A DNA stretch of 63,481 nt, the filler included, from Octopus bimaculoides (taxonomy: Eukaryota): assembly GCF_001194135.2 (NCBI RefSeq). It is 3 parts of 3 records of this genome, joined end to end, with 100 filler letters (N's around TTAATTAATTAA, not from the genome) between each part and the next. Parts side by side here need not be neighbours in the genome. Positions count along the whole stretch, not along the records: positions 38,183 to 63,481 come from NC_068984.1; 2 more parts are not named here. One strand, written 5' to 3'. Below the pieces are notes generated by a model, which saw only the letters and a program-made list of their open reading frames with translations, was not told where the DNA came from and did no database searches. Within the stretch, counting starts at the first letter, position 1. Each line of letters begins with the position of its first letter. Below are positions 40,237 through 53,430 of the stretch, piece by piece. Both the position numbers and the translations under genes were made by a program.

Positions 40237-40313
40237 TACCTACCTACCTACCTACCTACCTACCTACCTACCTACATACATACATACATACATACATACA
40301 TACATACATACAT
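40237..40313. repeat. (CCTA)n(CATA)n compound microsatellite
   Basis: Read directly. Confidence 0.95.
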
Positions 40314-42114
40314 AAGAGAAAGAAAAGAAACTAGTCAATAGAGGTAAGTAGAGTGAGGTTGATATATAAATCGTTACACTGAGTTCACCATAACCTCACT
40401 CTGGACTTCAAAAAAATGGAAATTTATATATAAAAAGCACATATTAGAAATGTTTGGAGATTTATAATGAACGCTGGTTTGTTGACATAAAATAATAAGA
40501 GAATATTATTGGCTAGCATTCTAAACATTTCTTAAAAAATAGTTGGGATGATGACAAAAATATTTTATACAAAACAATATGGAATGGATATGTACATATG
40601 CAAAAATATATATGCGTTCATCCTAAAGCACAGTCATTGTATTTATGTTGATAATTGTGTGTATGTGTGTGTGTGTGTAAAAATACTATTCATTCTCTGA
40701 GTAATATATTTAGACGACACCCGTCGAATCAAAAATCTTGCAAACTCACGAATGGGAAGAGTTCTGGGATGGATATATAGAGTTCATAATCATGTGTATG
40801 TGTTTGCTCATTGAGAATCCACCTGACTATATGTCATTCTCTATGAGATGAACATTTTCTACCTGCTCATAGTGTGCCATGTAGAATCAATGCCGTTCCT
40901 AGCATCCTAGATTTTAATCCTTGTATTTCGTTGTTCCATTTGTAGCAGCATCTGTCTAGGCTATTGTATATCGCAATTGCTCAACTTGTTTACTTGCTTC
41001 ATCCTCATCCTTGACAACTACTCATAGAGATCTGTATGATTTTACTCCGGCTAATGGATGTAATGTTCCCTCGAAATTCCGTTGTTTCAAGATAAATGCT
41101 TAAGCCCCAAGCGAGACAAATACAGGCATGTAATTTTTCCATTCTTGTTGCTTGATATCGTGATGCGAAAGAAACGCCTGTTGCTTAGATACACAAACTT
41201 GCCATACAAACTTATCGGTACGAAAATACCAATGTTCAGTTTTTAGCGTTACTAGTGACGTCTGAAACCAAAGACGAGTGAGAAATTCTTTCATAACACC
41301 TTCACTTGATGTAGCAGGTGTGCGTAAGCGAATGTTATTGCTAATAAAACCATTTATCTTTTGTGTTTGGTTTTCATTATCTAAATATTTTTCTTACTAT
41401 TTACGTCTTGTGACAAAGGACTATTCAAGTGTCTGATGTTCAGTATTCTTTTTTTTTTTTTTTTTTTTTTNNNNNNNNNNNNNNNNNNNNNNNNNNNNNN
41501 NNNNNNNNNNNNNNNNNNNNNNNNNNNNNNNNNNNNNNNNNNNNNNNNNNNNNNNNNNNNNNNNNNNNNNNNNNNNNNNNNNNNNNNNNNNNNNNNNNNN
41601 NNNNNNNNNNNNNNNNNNNNNNNNNNNNNNNNNNNNNNNNNNNNNNNNNNNNNNNNNNNNNNNNNNNNNNNNNNNNNNNNNNNNNNNNNNNNNNNNNNNN
41701 NNNNNNNNNNNNNNNNNNNNNNNNNNNNNNNNNNNNNNNNNNNNNNNNNNNNNNNNNNNNNNNNNNNNNNNNNNNNNNNNNNNNNNNNNNNNNNNNNNNN
41801 NNNNNNNNNNNNNNNNNNNNNNNNNNNNNNNNNNNNNNNNNNNNNNNNNNNNNNNNNNNNNNNNNNNNNNNNNNNNNNNNNNNNNNNNNNNNNNNNNNNN
41901 NNNNNNNNNNNNNNNNNNNNNNNNNNNNNNNNNNNNNNNNNNNNNNNNNNNNNNNNNNNNNNNNNNNNNNNNNNNNNNNNNNNNNNNNNNNNNNNNNNNN
42001 NNNNNNNNNNNNNNNNNNNNNNNNNNNNNNNNNNNNNNNNNNNNNNNNNNNNNNNNNNNNNNNNNNNNNNNNNNNNNNNNNNNNNNNNNNNNNNNNNNNN
42101 NNNNNNNNNNNNNN

Positions 42115-42372
42115 GGCAGGGGATGGTGGTGAACCCTGCTGTACTCTTTCACCACAACCTTCTCTCACTCTTTCTTCTTGTTTCTGTTGCACCTGTATTT
42201 CAAAGGGTCAGCCTTGTCATACTGTGTCACGCTGAATATCTCCGAGAACAACGTTAAGGGTACACGTGTCTGTGGAGTGCTCAGTCACTTGCACGTTAAT
42301 TTCACGAGCAGGCTGTTCTGTTGATCGGATCAACTGGAACCCTCGACGTCGTAATCGACGGAGTGCCAACAA
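42115..42372 (+). mobile_element. SINE family C 3' part; reverse copy with head at 54705-54990
   Basis: tgtatttcaaagggtcagccttgtca..gttgatcggatcaactggaacc..cggagtgcca shared with the 54.7 kb copy. Confidence 0.8.
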
Positions 42373-42597
42373 ATTTATGAGTAGAAGTTCCGAGGAAAAA
42401 AGCCATTGCTGTCTTATTGCTACAAAAACTGATAATTTTGTCTAATACCAGCAAGGGGATAACCTAACGAAATGTTCAATAATGCTGTCCCCGTACAGCA
42501 TTTTCCGACGCTCTTAGGATTCTGCCTGCTCATTACCTTTCTAATCCTGCTGCTGTTCTGATGATGATGAGGATGGTAAGAATAACAATAATAATAA

Positions 42598-42790
42598 TGG
42601 TTTCAAACTTTGGTTCAAGGCTAGCGAGCTCAGGGGACGAGGCCAGTGGATTACATCGACCCCCCAGTGTTCAACTAGCACTTATTTTATCGACCACCGA
42701 GAGGATGAGAAGCAAGTTCTACTTCGGCGAAATTAGAACTCAAAACATAAAGACGGACAAAATGCAGCTAAATATTTCGTCCGGTGTGTA
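42598..42790 (-). mobile_element. SINE family A
   Basis: ggattacatcgaccccc..ttattttatcgac..aattagaactcaaaacataaagacggac. Confidence 0.8.
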
Positions 42791-42794
42791 ATAT

Positions 42795-43305
42795 TGAAAG
42801 ACCTCAGACAAAAATCATGCCTCCTTATTAGTATGACTGTCCCAATCGATATAAATGCCTTTGTCAAGACCTACGAAAAACTAAGCAAGTATAAAAATCT
42901 TCAAACAGAAATTAGCGAAATGTGGAACCCCAAGACTAAAGTGATACCTGTTGTCATAGGTTCCCTAGGATAGATAGAAAACGGGGCTAATTCCTACCTA
43001 GCTCAGATACCAGGAAACCCCAAAATGGCAGAAATTCAAAAGAAAGTGCTCATGGTAATTGCACATATCCTACGTAAAATATTGTCTATGTAATCTCAAA
43101 TTTTTAAACAAACCTATAATTTTCTTATGTTTTCTTAAACATTCTCTAGAACAATACTGTATGCAAAACTAAATATATGACACCCTAATAATAATACCAA
43201 CATGAACTTCTAAATCGTTGTCTCTTGAGGTCTCTTGGTGAGACTTAGAGTCAACTTGTACAAATACAAAGCAAAATTCAAGCATATAATAATAATGATT
43301 AACAA
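42795..43305 (+). mobile_element. R4/Dong-like element 3' end: REL endonuclease C-terminus, 3'UTR and (AAT)n tail
   Basis: KSCLLISMTVPIDIN..KTYEKLSKYKNLQTEISEMWNPKTKVIPVVIGSLG..IQKKVLMVIAHILRKILSM*. Confidence 0.9.
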
Positions 43306-43319
43306 CAACAATAACAGTA

Positions 43320-43322
43320 ATG

Positions 43323-43392
<70 letters not shown>
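43320..43392. repeat. (AAT)n microsatellite between two Dong-like copies
   Basis: Read directly. Confidence 0.95.
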
Positions 43393-43394
<2 letters not shown>

Positions 43395-43830
43395 GATATT
43401 GACAAAGCCCTTACCCACCAATGGTTAATGGCCTCTGGATTGAAATCAGAAACAGAGGGGTTTATCATAGCAGCCCAAGAGCAATGCCTACCTACAAAGA
43501 ACTACCAGGCCAACATATTAAAGAACGGCAGCTCCCCATTATGTCGTATATGCCAACAACAAAATGAGACCATCGATCATGTTGTCTCCATGTGCAGTCT
43601 GCTTGCGCCTACAGAGTATCTCAACAGGCATGATAGAGCTGCACAAATTTTAAAGCAAACATAATTTTCTTATGGTTTCTTAAACATTCACTTGAACAAA
43701 ACTGTACAAATCCAAATATATGGTACCCTAGGCATAACACCTACATGAACTTCTAACTTGTTGTCTCTTGAGGTCTCTGGGTGAGACTTGGATCCAACTT
43801 GTACAAATGCAAAACAAAAGTCAAACATAA

Positions 43831-43860
<30 letters not shown>
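43393..43860 (+). mobile_element. Second R4/Dong-like copy: CCHC knuckle region joined directly to the 3'UTR, (AAT)n tail
   Basis: GLKSETEGFIIAAQEQCLPTKNYQANILKNGSSPLCRICQQQNETIDHVVSMC..RHDRAAQ; 3'UTR similar to 43100-43300. Confidence 0.9.
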
Positions 43861-43861
<1 letters not shown>

Positions 43862-43876
43862 GTAATAATAATAATA

Positions 43877-43908
<32 letters not shown>

Positions 43909-44992
43909 GATGATGATGATGAATGATGATGATAATAAATAGTTCCGGGTTAAATAACAACATGGGCGTACTCTAAAAAGCTTTCTCCATAAAACAAACT
44001 TAATCCAATAACATCGGTGCAATGGAAGGAAAACTTCGCTATACAACTATGGTGAAAGTTCTGTTAAAGCAAAGGAACTAAAAAATCAGAAAAAAAATTG
44101 TTATATACAGTGCAGTTTCTTTCTTAAATACGTGATTTCTCAATGTGACATGCGCAAGACGTCGAAACCAGCACCATGAACCCAGGAAAAACACACTAAT
44201 TACATAGAAAGTACGTAAATTGAAAAATTACTTTTACATGCAACCGTCCATGCATCCATGTTCACATGCTAATATTTACAAGCAACCTAAATAATGTCTA
44301 CATGACACACACACACACACACACACACAGAAAATAAGAGAAAAACACGTGTCACGAACGACGCCGTATCAAACAAAAGCAAAGCGATTTCCTAGAAACG
44401 AATATAAAAAACTGCAAATTAGTTAGTTTAAAACATCACGGATCTAGTTAAGCTGATTTACAACATCTGCATTTTTTAAAGGTAGTAAAAACTCTACATT
44501 ATTAATGTAGGCTACATTAATGTAGTTTTTCACTCTTATCACTATGAAGGGATGTTGTTGTGGAGTAAATTGGAGGTAAAAGTTACAGAGGCTTAAAAAT
44601 AGAAAAGAACTGTATTTTAAGCCACTACCGAGACAGAAATTTTCTGCGTTTAGCGGTGTCAACTTTAAGGTAGTACCCTGTGAAATTTATAGTTTAGCGT
44701 CTGTGACATGACCTGTTCTTTTTCAGTAATATCAGTTTTCTGAGCAAAAATTAGGTTCTCCGGGTGCAGTGACAGTAAACAATCAGTTTAACTAGATCCA
44801 ACATCACTAAACAGTTATGCCCGAAAACAGCTAGCAAAAAAAAAAAAATAATGATAAAAAATAGAGGCGATTTTCGATCTATCAGCTAAACATCGAATGG
44901 GTATGCGGTGGGGAGGGGACGGAACCATAGTAAAATAGGAATCGAAAGGATCCATAGGCAACAAGTTGTTCGGAACTCCTGGTCAAAATATT

Positions 44993-45212
44993 TATTTCTT
45001 TATTGCCCACGGGGGGCTAAGCATAGATGGGACAAACAAAGAGATTAAGCCGATTGCATCGACCCCAGCGCCTAACTGGTACTTATTTAATCGATCCCGA
45101 AAGGATGAAAAGTAAAGTCGACTTCGGCGGATTTTGAAGTCAGAACGTAGCGGCAGTCGAAATACTGCTAAGTATTTCGCTCAGCGTGCTAACGATTCTG
45201 CCAGCTCGCTGC
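44993..45212 (-). mobile_element. SINE family A
   Basis: tttctttattgcccac..catcgaccccag..gaaaggatgaaa..gtcgacttcggcgg..gtgctaacgattctgccagctcgc. Confidence 0.9.
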
Positions 45213-45764
45213 CATAAATATTTTAGAACCAGAAGTATTATGTATGGTAAACAATTATAATACATTTTATAATACAAATACCTTTACATGACGTATTTCA
45301 AATTTATCAAGGACACCTACGGAGTATGGTGCATGTAGATCAAAGAAATTAAAAATATGGTGAATACGATATTATATTTATGCTATATTGTGTTTTTTAG
45401 AAGTGATATTCTACATAATATAAATGACAAAGTTCTTATCGTCAGCTTTTCCTACCATTTAATATTCTCTTTTATGTTATTCTTTGTTAGTTTTACAATT
45501 TTTCGTGGTATAACTACATAAACTATAATATTTATATTGATAATGTTGATCGGAAATTTTATCTTATCTGGTGTTGAAGTTTATTTCTTTCATCCCGTCA
45601 TTAAAATTTTACATCTATATGCACACTGGCATGCACACATATGCACATAAACATGTATAAACAGTTTAATATATTCTTACACACATACATACACGCATAT
45701 ATAAAGACATGTACATACATACATGCACACATATATACGCATACAAATACTTACACATGAATAT

Positions 45765-45812
<48 letters not shown>

Positions 45813-45863
45813 ACACACACATATATGTAAATATATATATATTTATAAGAACAGCACAAGTGC

Positions 45864-46113
45864 GGTTTAAAATTTTCTACAGCTGTTCCAGTAGCATTTA
45901 TTGATGCTTCTTACATTACACCCGAGCAAAAATCCTCCATCCTCAGGTAAAATTGTAAAAGCGATTGTCCATCATGTTAGTTGGTGAATAGTTTTACCTT
46001 GACTGATAAAAACTGTTTACAGTTCTGCCCGAGGATGGTGAAATTTTGCTATGATGTTATCTAAGAATGCATCGATAAAATGCAACCGGAACAGATGTAG
46101 TAAGTTTAAAACC
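45864..46113. repeat. Degenerate inverted repeat (old foldback or MITE), arms about 110 bp
   Basis: ctacagctgttccagtagcattt..ccatcctcaggtaaaa versus the reverse complement of the right arm, ctacatctgttccggttgcattt..ccatcctcgggcagaa; roughly three-quarters identity by eye. Confidence 0.75.
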
Positions 46114-46937
46114 CCACTTCTGTTCTCCTTTGATACATACGCCACACCTAGAACCCACACCTAGAACCGACCGGTTTAAATTGCATCTTGTCCAATAATT
46201 AGCATTCAGATTCGCGCAAACTTCAGCTAAATCTAAGACAGCCTGCGATGATTAGCTTGTTCAAACAGATTGTTATGTAAATTGTTTAGAACAAGAAGTA
46301 TTATGTATGTTGTACCAAAATGCCATTTTACAATGGCATTTTTCATTTTCTCCACCCTTAGGAAGGTTCGAATACCATGATTTTTGCTGCAGTTTTGATT
46401 CTTGAGGCAGTTAGTGATAGCATTCATTCACAATTTAGTGATATGGGCTCGTGAGTTTTAAGTACTTTTGTTGATGTAGTACATTAGTGATGGTGATAGT
46501 ATTGCAATTTTCAAACCGCTGTTAATCAGTTTGATACGTTTTCATTAAAATTGCAAATGATACGACATTAACACTAAAAACTATATGACTTTTGGTACAG
46601 CACAGTAGTATGTCTATAATAAAATAATGATATTAGTAAGTTCCCAATGGAAGCGTTTTACACGACAACCATATAGTTATGAACAGACTGGCTTTCTTAG
46701 TGATGTGAACAAAAATAAATTCTAGGCATCTGAAATTACAGTCGTAATGATAAGAAAAGTATCACTAATGAAAATTATATTTCTTATCAAGAAAAGCAAA
46801 GAAGATAATTTTACAATTTCGAATGGTGAAACATTATATACAAACATGCAGTACGCAGTGAATCTGATATTTGGTAAATACGGTAACAATTCTGGAGATG
46901 TTTTGTTCTTACTAGACCGCTGTAGAGAATTACTTAC

Positions 46938-46978
46938 CTGCCCAACTCTAACACGTAGTAACCAGATTTTAGAAAGAC
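46938..46978 (-). CDS. Candidate 41-nt exon (VFLKSGYYVLELG or LSKIWLLRVRVGQ)
   Basis: Perfect donor CAG|gtaagt, modest acceptor tatatcctcctaag. Confidence 0.25.
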
Positions 46979-48118
46979 CTTAGGAGGATATAGATTTTGC
47001 GAGGAAAATTACTCACTGATTAAACAAGTTTTTCAGTGTCATTACTTTAATTGCTTTCTCAGTGAGTAAACTTCAGTGAATAAACCATTTTAAAATCTCT
47101 TAAATTTTCGGAGTTCTCTTTCTTGCCTTCCTTAACAAGAAATGACATTTATTTTAATTACAGTTTTCTTCTCATTATGAATGTAATTTCAATTAATTAA
47201 AACTTCTTTTTGGATCACTGCACTAAGTATGTTAGCTTGCACTTAACTCAAAATTCCAGCGAGGATGGTTTCACCTGTTACGTTATTATATCTAGGAATG
47301 CAGTGAATAATAAACTGGACATTAATTTCTATTTATTTATGCAACATAATTCCAAAACTGTTTTCATTTCACATCAGACTTAGAATGTATTATGAGGCGT
47401 GAAATATATACTGCTATGCTCAAAAGTATTTTACCAGCCTTTCGTCTGCCGTTTATTTTTTATGTATATTGTACTTTTTGTAAATGTGTGTGTGCGCGCG
47501 CGCGTATTAGTGAGTGTGAGGAGATTTACTGTTTTTCATTATTCATAATGCATTCATATTATATTACATTGTTGTAAATACCGTGGACCTTGAGTAAGTA
47601 TCCAATATCGTTAGTTTGTTTTACAGTATTAGATTTGCAAATATTGTCTCTCAATGAAGATTTTCTGTATGTTTCTAAAAACATTTTGATAACCTAATTG
47701 GTCTTGAACAATACTGAGAGATTCTAAAATTATGGAGAAGTTCCCGTATGTAATTTCAAGTCATCCACGAGGGACAGATAATAAATCGTCTTGGTTTCCT
47801 ATTTTACCATTGTATTACTCAAAATATTCTCTTTTAGGAACCCAACTTAAAAGTAAGGTTCATATTACAAAGTGAAAACCAGATGTACTGTCATAAAGAA
47901 ATATTGCAGTGATTATTTTTCTATAACAACCACACAATAGTCAGAAGAGTGTGTAAAACATCAACCACTTTGCATAGACATTTTAAATCATTAAACGGTC
48001 AACGCATTATCAAATGTTTTAAGTTACATAATTCATAAAGCTGAATAAAACCTTTTATTGTCAAATTTAGCGTTCAACTGATTGCTTAGCTAGCTTTAAA
48101 AACCTAATAATAATAATA

Positions 48119-48154
<36 letters not shown>

Positions 48155-48171
48155 ATGATGATGATGATCAT

Positions 48172-48384
48172 CAGACAAATACATAACAAAAACACCAGGA
48201 CTTACAAATATATATAACATACAGAAAATTGCACTACTGGGTACTGCACACATTCTACGCAAAACACTTTCAATACAGTAAACATAAGAGCACCACAGCA
48301 AACCACAGCACATACCCAAGGCGCACAGAGCTGCACTCGGTAGTGAAGTGAAAGCACGTTATAAAAATAAAACTACTGAATAAC

Positions 48385-48434
<50 letters not shown>

Positions 48435-48435
48435 T
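48172..48435 (+). mobile_element. 3' end of a second REL (R4/Dong-like) family with (AAT)n tail
   Basis: DKYITKTPGLTNIYNIQKIALLGTAHILRKTLSIQ*; 3'UTR differs from the 43 kb copies; preceded by (AAT)n(GAT)n. Confidence 0.85.
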
Positions 48436-49328
48436 AAAAATCTGACATNNNNNNNNNNNNNNNNNNNNNNNNNNNNNNNNNNNNNNNNNNNNNNNNNNNN
48501 NNNNNNNNNNNNNNNNNNNNNNNNNNNNNNNNNNNNNNNNNNNNNNNNNNNNNNNNNNNNNNNNNNNNNNNNNNNNNNNNNNNNNNNNNNNNNNNNNNNN
48601 NNNNNNNNNNNNNNNNNNNNNNNNNNNNNNNNNNNNNNNNNNNNNNNNNNNNNNNNNNNNNNNNNNNNNNNNNNNNNNNNNNNNNNNNNNNNNNNNNNNN
48701 NNNNNNNNNNNNNNNNNNNNNNNNNNNNNNNNNNNNNNNNNNNNNNNNNNNNNNNNNNNNNNNNNNNNNNNNNNNNNNNNNNNNNNNNNNNNNNNNNNNN
48801 NNNNNNNNNNNNNNNNNNNNNNNNNNNNNNNNNNNNNNNNNNNNNNNNNNNNNNNNNNNNNNNNNNNNNNNNNNNNNNNNNNNNNNNNNNNNNNNNNNNN
48901 NNNNNNNNNNNNNNNNNNNNNNNNNNNNNNNNNNNNNNNNNNNNNNNNNNNNNNNNNNNNNNNNNNNNNNNNNNNNNNNNNNNNNNNNNNNNNNNNNNNN
49001 NNNNNNNNNNNNNNNNNNNNNNNNNNNNNNNNNNNNNNNNNNNNNNNNNNNNNNNNNNNNNNNNNNNNNNNNNNNNNNNNNNNNNNNNNNNNNNNNNNNN
49101 NNNNNNNNNNNNNNNNNNNNNNNNNNNNNNNNNNNNNNNNNNNNNNNNNNNNNNNNNNNNNNNNNNNNNNNNNNNNNNNNNNNNNNNNNNNNNNNNNNNN
49201 NNNNNNNNNNNNNNNNNNNNNNNNNNNNNNNNNNNNNNNNNNNNNNNNNNNNNNNNNNNNNNNNNNNNNNNNNNNNNNNNNNNNNNNNNNNNNNNNNNNN
49301 NNNNNNNNNNNNNNNNNNNNNNNNNNNN

Positions 49329-49401
<73 letters not shown>

Positions 49402-50079
49402 GACAGAGAGATCTTCAGTAAAAGTAATCTTACAGAAATGTCAACTCTACTCATGTTTTCATTTTGTATTTAGCTAAATTTTGAGAGAAAATCATTTCTG
49501 TCTGGAGTTATTTTTAACAGGACGTTTTTAATTAAAGTCATCAATATAGCCATTTGTAACAGCACCACCATCTTCTCTATGACCAATACATTTAGTAATA
49601 ATTTCATTTCGATAATTACTGCCATTGCAATACCAAATCTACAACGATAACCAAATATCACTAGCTTGAAGTAATAGAAATAGCATCGAAATCTCTCAAA
49701 ATCGCATCCTACATTTTAGAAAGGGTATGTTGGGTATTGCGGAACTTTGTTCCTAAAAAGCAGAAGAATGAAAAGGTGGCCACAGCTGGAACGTCTTTCA
49801 TCCTAAATCTCTTCGATCAGGGTTACCAGGGTCTAATCGATGTCAACAAATACAACGCCATCAACGCATTTATGAGAGATCTAGTCGCAGCCATATATCT
49901 AGTCGCAGCCATATTTCCCTCAAATTACAACCTACTGCATTCATGACAAGAAAATATGACGTAGTCTTAAGTGTTCTCAAAAAGGGTTGTTATGGTTGGA
50001 ATGGCTTTTACCATACCTCCAAATGAGTAGGGCTACTTGAGATTAAAGAACGGTACCANNNNNNNNNNCGCCGCCAAAA

Positions 50080-52250
50080 ACAAGTCCATCAATAATTACT
50101 AAGACATCTATCAATATTATTACAACCACCAATGGTAATGATAGCCACCACCATCAACACCAACACCACTACCACCACAACGACCACTCCCATCAATAAG
50201 ATCAACACCATTAACAGGTACTAACTCAACCCTAAACACCACCACCAACAACGACACCAGGAATTAGGTATACTAGAAATAACAGCAGAAGCTTTTAAAT
50301 CTAAATCTTCTGGTCTGAAGTATACGTTAGATAATGTAGTTGCAGCTTTGCTACGTCCAGCGATTTCGGCTTAGACACCTTTCATCACGGATTTATACAA
50401 GGAGGGTTGGATCGGTTGGAGGTGGGCCTAAAGACTAACAACAGCAACAACACAGTTACTGAATCCATAAACTTTAACAACAGCAACAACAGCAACAACA
50501 ACAACGACAACAACTACAACAATGAAAATAACCGACGGCACCAACAGAATCTTTACTTCCTTCCGGAATCATCCATCATAGCCAACCGCAGCCATCGTCT
50601 TTATCATATTCTCCACAAACATCCATGATCACTAGCAACCCCCCACCGCCACCAGCATTACCATCACCACACCACCACCAACAGCAACAACAACAATAAC
50701 ATCAACAAAACCACGACCACAACCCTACCACTACCATCATTGCCACCCCATCACCACCACCACCACCACCAACACCACCACCACCACCACCACCAATACA
50801 CACCTCACCACCAGCAACAACAACAACAACCATCTCACCACCACAACCATCACCACCACCACCACCTTCNNNNNNNNNNNNNNNNNNNNNNNNNNNNNNN
50901 NNNNNNNNNNNNNNNNNNNNNNNNNNNNNNNNNNNNNNNNNNNNNNNNNNNNNNNNNNNNNNNNNNNNNNNNNNNNNNNNNNNNNNNNNNNNNNNNNNNN
51001 NNNNNNNNNNNNNNNNNNNNNNNNNNNNNNNNNNNNNNNNNNNNNNNNNNNNNNNNNNNNNNNNNNNNNNNNNNNNNNNNNNNNNNNNNNNNNNNNNNNN
51101 NNNNNNNNNNNNNNNNNNNNNNNNNNNNNNNNNNNNNNNNNNNNNNNNNNNNNNNNNNNNNNNNNNNNNNNNNNNNNNNNNNNNNNNNNNNNNNNNNNNN
51201 NNNNNNNNNNNNNNNNNNNNNNNNNNNNNNNNNNNNNNNNNNNNNNNNNNNNNNNNNNNNNNNNNNNNNNNNNNNNNNNNNNNNNNNNNNNNNNNNNNNN
51301 NNNNNNNNNNNNNNNNNNNNNNNNNNNNNNNNNNNNNNNNNNNNNNNNNNNNNNNNNNNNNNNNNNNNNNNNNNNNNNNNNNNNNNNNNNNNNNNNNNNN
51401 NNNNNNNNNNNNNNNNNNNNNNNNNNNNNNNNNNNNNNNNNNNNNNNNNNNNNNNNNNNNNNNNNNNNNNNNNNNNNNNNNNNNNNNNNNNNNNNNNNNN
51501 NNNNNNNNNNNNNNNNNNNNNNNNNNNNNNNNNNNNNNNNNNNNNNNNNNNNNNNNNNNNNNNNNNNNNNNNNNNNNGCATTCGCACACACACCACCACA
51601 GCTACCGGCACCACCAGCATCATCAACACCACCTACAACAGTACCAGCATCAGCACCAACACCACTACCGCCACTATTACCACAAACACCACCACCACCA
51701 CTACTAACACTATCAGCACCACCATCACCAGTACCGACACCACTACCACCACCACTACCACCACCACTATCATCATCACCACTATCACCACTACCACTAT
51801 CACCACCACCACTATCACCACTATTAGTACCACCACCACCACCACCATCACCAACGGCAACAACAATAACAACAAAGATTTCATCATTATATCACACCCA
51901 TCACCAGTACAAGCACTGCCTTCGCCGCCGCCACTTCTCTTTGCATATATGACCACCATTAGTCATTCATTCAAGTCTTTGTAACTCTGACACAATCACA
52001 CCCCACCCCCACTCAATCACAACCCACCCTGACAATCACAACTACCTAACACTGCCGTCAGCATCCCTACAAAACACGAAGTCTTCACGAGTACGCCCCG
52101 ATACTCTCACCACAAATATCACCGCCATAACTATTACCCCCCACAACAACAACCACCACCACCTTCATTATCGCAACAGCAGCAGTAAGAACAACGTGAA
52201 CAACAACGATAACATCCCTCCCCACTCAATCATTATTATCTAATGATCAT
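50080..52250. repeat. Degenerate (CAC/CAA/CAT)n trinucleotide region spanning a gap
   Basis: Read directly; source of the poly-H/T/V/G ORFs. Confidence 0.9.
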
Positions 52251-53204
52251 CAAATATTATTACCGCCATTGCTATTACTTGAATATCAGTGAAGCTTATT
52301 ACGTCACTGTGTGCGAAGGGGTTTGGCGTAGAAGTTGTGATAAGCTTGTATGGCTGAGTCACACCATTATAGGGCAAGATTGAAGAGTTGTGAGTTAAGA
52401 GGGGGGGGGGGCACGTAAAAATAGGGCAAATGAAGAGCAAAAGAAAAAGAGAAAGAGAAAGGATATATATATCCTTCCTCGATCCGTCTAGGTAGAGAGA
52501 GAGGGGGAAGAGAGAGGAAGGGGGATCAGAGAGAGAGAGAAACAGACAGACATACAGAATGACAGAGACAGACAGACAGAGATAGACAGAGGTGGGTGTT
52601 CATAAACCACTTGATAGAGAAATGGCCGTAGAAACCGAAATATTGACAGATGACAAGCAGACATGCAGACGCAGAAAGACTCATACGCACGTACATATAC
52701 ACACAGAAACGTACACACAGATACACATACACACGCATATTCCTCGCTTGCTCAAAATGAATGTTGCTACCCCAATAATTTGTATATTTGTTATTAAATT
52801 GAATTTCAATTGGTATTCCATCAATAAATGCAATCACTTTCGTCAGATAACATTCTAATCTATTGAAATTGCCTCATAATTAAATAATCATCGAAGATTA
52901 CTAGTTTTTTCATGATTTGTTTAGATCTTTATTAATTATGTTTTCGCTTCCTTTTGATATAATAATGTCAGTAATTACGAGTTTTTTTTAGAAAAACATT
53001 CATTAAGAAAGAAACAAAATGTTGAAATGTATGAAAACAAAAGCAAAACGTATACGCATGCGTTGCGTTTTCTTCCATTGGCTTATAGACGAACTTTTGA
53101 CGATCAATGAAGTAGTTTCTTTAGAAGCTTCTAGTAACAGGAACTAATGCTTCCTCAAATCTCATCATGTCTTTACAAAGACATATGTTAAATAATGTAA
53201 TGTT

Positions 53205-53430
53205 TGTAATTCTTTTATTTTTAAAGTGTTTCAATCATTGGACTGCGGCCATGTTGGGGCACGGTTTTGAAGAATTTAATCGAACAGATCGACCCCAGTA
53301 TATCCCCCTTTATTTTTTAATAAAGTCTGGTACTTATTCCTTGGGTTCTTTTGCCGAAGCGCTAAGTTAGAGACACGTAAAGAAACTAACACAAGTTGTC
53401 AGGCGGTGAAAGATAGACACAAACAAAGAC
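53205..53430 (-). mobile_element. SINE family B 3' half
   Basis: gtttcaatcattggactgcggccatg..gatcgaccccag..ggtacttatt..tttgccgaagcgctaagtt. Confidence 0.8.

Noticed and set aside
49879-49914. 18-bp direct duplication atctagtcgcagccatat
   Set aside because: Two units only, no element between them; ordinary slippage
50740-51984. 414-aa His/Gln/Thr-rich ORF resembling a mucin or transcription factor
   Set aside because: More than half is gap; the rest is degenerate CAC/CAA repeat that is open in several frames on both strands
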